64,000 nt of DNA. Source: Lepidodermella squamata. Lineage: Eukaryota > Animalia > Gastrotricha. The position numbers and the translations under genes are program-made. Location: positions 186,001-250,000 of the forward strand of contig JBLDXI010000045.1 of the NCBI GenBank assembly GCA_047495785.1. Reading direction: 5' to 3'. This document shows, piece by piece, positions 61,070 to 64,000 of this stretch (its first letter is position 1; every line of letters starts with the position of its first letter). The notes beneath the pieces were generated by a model that saw only the letters and a list, made by a program, of their open reading frames with translations, made no database searches and was not told the DNA's origin.

Positions 61070-64000
61070 TTAAGCAATCATATGAAGCGTTCCGTTATCA
61101 GTTCCCAATAGTAGAAATCCGGAAGACTGTACCACAGTCGCAGAGGTTATGCTTTTACCGCGAAGTTGTTCCAGGCGAGAGAAAAGGAAATCCTGACAGG
61201 CTGACCGAGGATCGACAGCGTTTCCATAATACTGCAACCGGTCCGAGGTCGCCACGACCAGCAGCGGGCTTTGAGGACCGGGTAAAATAGCAACCGGGCT
61301 GTCGGAGAGCGAAGCCCGGAAATGGCCAACATGCGACATATTGGCGGTGAAATTTTCATTGGAAGGCTGATCGAAGACGAGAGGTACCGAGGCGACGCAA
61401 GCCTCGTTCACTGACCAAAGGGATAAGACTCGGTCGTGATTTGCGGTGACCAGGTGATTTCGGGAGTAGAACGCCATTTTTGCCAGGTCTGAATCGTAAG
61501 CTCGCGCTGCTGCCACTAGTCGACCGGTTCTTGGGCATAGCACGGAAATGTAGCTGCTTGTAGCTCCAACAGCGATTAAAGAACCATCGCTTGGGCATGA
61601 CAGAAAACCTGTTGAGCCGCTCGGTAATGGAGGAGCCTGTGTAAAAAAAATTCGAAAATTGAGAATCAAGGAGAGTCAAAATATAGCTCATTCAAGAATT
61701 ATCAGATATAAAAGCCCGTTTTTTAATTTATAACTTGTTTGAAACGATTTGACTATATTAGCTGATCGATTTTACTGATTTGTAAAAATCATGCCTCAAA
61801 CTAGTTGATTTCTCTCGTTGAAGTAATTTCAAGGCAATCTCGAACTGTGGTAATAAACTTCTATGGATGTTAGGTTCTTGGGATTATTACTAAAGAGAAT
61901 TCGGTCAAATACTAACCCGATTCTCAGGCTTTATTACCAACTACATGAATTTTAGTATTTTATTATACTTCACCAACAGTCGCGTAAAATAAGTTATTTC
62001 AATTTCTGTAAAAAATATTGTGCCTCCAAAATCCTACAAAATGATGTACAATTTGATAATTTGACAGTTTGATAGGAATTTTCATAATTTCCTTTTGTTG
62101 CTAGTCCCAACAAAGGGGCATTGCGAATTCTAGCATTGCAAAATTAGCGTGCTTTGCGACCATGCGATGAATCATCTATGGTGATGATTCATCTTTGCGT
62201 GGAATACACAGCAAGCTGTTTCTACTACTTACGTAACACGTAACAGAATTCAAAGATCAAATAAAATAAAAATCGCCTTAAAACTCGCAGAAAATTTACT
62301 CATAGTCAATCTCAAAATTTTAAGAAATGCAAAACGATAAAAAAATATTCAATTTCATGAACATAAAAGAAAATCCTTACTTTGAATCCTGAAGCAATTG
62401 ATGTAGGGACACGCGGGTCAACAATGAAGACCAGGCCGAACCCAGTCGAAACAACGCCAAGCTGACCAGAATCGCCCAGTGTTGAAACAGCAGACCACGT
62501 AGGCGAGCTAAACGAGGTAGCATACGTCGAATTCGGTAAACTAGCAACCGCAGCTGCACACGTGATCAGCGATAACGGCCTGGCGGAAGCAGGGTCCCAC
62601 AAATGCAACGTCGCGCCATCGACGGACAGAACTTGCCGATGGGCATCTAACAGGGTCAGCCCAATGCAGCGCCTTTTGTGCTCCGGGTACAGTTGAACCG
62701 GAACGCTGTTGATGCTGTGATCGCTTCTGCTCTCCAGCGACCATATTGCTATCGCCCGATCGCGACTCGAACCAGCCGAGACAGATATAGCGATTTGCTC
62801 GTTCGAAGGCGAAACCATCAAATGCTGAACTGAACCTTTCGTATGATTGTTCGTGCCGACAAATGATTGTAAATGAAGCCCTTTCAGCGAATTATCGCGC
62901 GGGGCCGCCAGTCTCTGAGCCCAAAGCGCGGCCCATTGGTTGGCTAGATGGCGCGTTTTTCGCTCCCACAGCCGGTAGCTCTGATCGATTTCACCCGAAT
63001 TTGTGTCGAAATGATGGCCAGGGTTCAACTGGGGCGTTGTTGCCTCTTGGGACAAACGGTTACTGCCAACCATTCCAAAGCTGTTACCCAGTGAAAATAG
63101 CTGGCGATCACGCGATGTTGACGAGCACAAATCCGGGAAGTCATGCAGTTGAAGTGCAGGCAGTTGCTGACTCATTGACGTGATTGATTCGAGGAAAATT
63201 CGAGAAACGATCCGGGAGAAAACAGAATACGCCAAATGAAGCGATTCTGAGGGTAGACGTTGCTCGGGCGCGACATCTGAATGTTCCGAATCTTCACTCG
63301 CCGACGGCATTGAAGCTCGATATGAAACCGATAGTTTGATCAAAGTCAATCGAAGCAACGGCTCGAGTAGCTGTTCGGTATTAAGGCGGCCTAATCGAAG
63401 CCCTATTGCGTAAACCACGTCCAGGAAACGGCACAGGGCCAAATGCCGCGACCGGGGCGCTCGAGGGAAAACAACATGGAGCGAAGTAATTTGCGTAATA
63501 ACTTGGGTCAAAAGCCTCGACAACCTTTCCTGAACTTGCGAGTTCAACAAAGAACTAGGCATTATAAAAATAAGCTGGCGTAAAACGTAGAGAACACCAA
63601 GTAGCGACGACTCGGTTTGCTCGGCTAAGCTGCCCTGAGGCGACGAAAGGGTTTGAATGATTTCAGAAATACACGAAACGTAATGACCGGTTATCAGCAA
63701 CTCGCCATACGTGCAAACAGCGTTGCACAAAACCGCACCCAAGCGATCGACCCTTACATCTCCAGCGCAATGCAGTGATGGAAACGGGCATTCCTGGCAA
63801 GGCACGACCTGTTCACTCAATGAATTTTCGACATCGTCATAGCAACTGGCCAAACTGGCGAAGATAACCGGGGTAACGCAACGAGCGGCGTGGATCGGTC
63901 CGACGAAATCAATCACCCAGCTCAGAGTTGTAATCTCAACGCCATCGGTCATGAAAACTGTCCCGCGGACAATGAAAGGGACAACGTGTTCCAAGTAAAC
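61070..64000 (-). CDS. WDR81: WDR81 C-terminal part (helical region plus WD40); 5' part lies outside the window
   Basis: LHCAGDV..YGELLITGHY, RHLANQWAALW..LHLQSFVG..H, YPEHKR..SVDGATLHLWDP and terminal LLLGTDNGTLHMIA resemble WDR81. Confidence 0.82.

Overview
This window is gene-dense metazoan (invertebrate-type) nuclear DNA with short GT-AG introns, mostly about 50-60 nt. From left to right it carries: a Cys-loop ligand-gated channel 5' exon, a KIF26/vab-8-like kinesin, FRMD8, LPGAT1, SETDB1, an RDH-type SDR, a probable MED24, three tandem agatoxin-like knottin peptide genes (none correctly called by the ORF track), a His-rich membrane protein, a coiled-coil unknown, a GABA-B-type class C GPCR, a PPxY/ankyrin protein, Pax1/9, ZFYVE1/DFCP1 and the 3' part of WDR81. 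It also has several MITE/foldback elements, degenerate (CCCTAA)n tracts and a tRNA-derived relic. Two stretches stand out. (1) A modular cluster around SETDB1: two neighbouring loci share SETDB1's N-terminal helical segment (one with the same intron position), and three neighbours share a C-terminal PxVxL/HP1-box-like module, in one case fused to a putative membrane anchor. This suggests a locally encoded H3K9me/HP1 adaptor set. (2) A birth-and-death cluster of 8-Cys knottin peptides with conserved signal peptides and promoters but hypervariable mature regions. All gene identities come from motif recognition by eye; no database searches were run.
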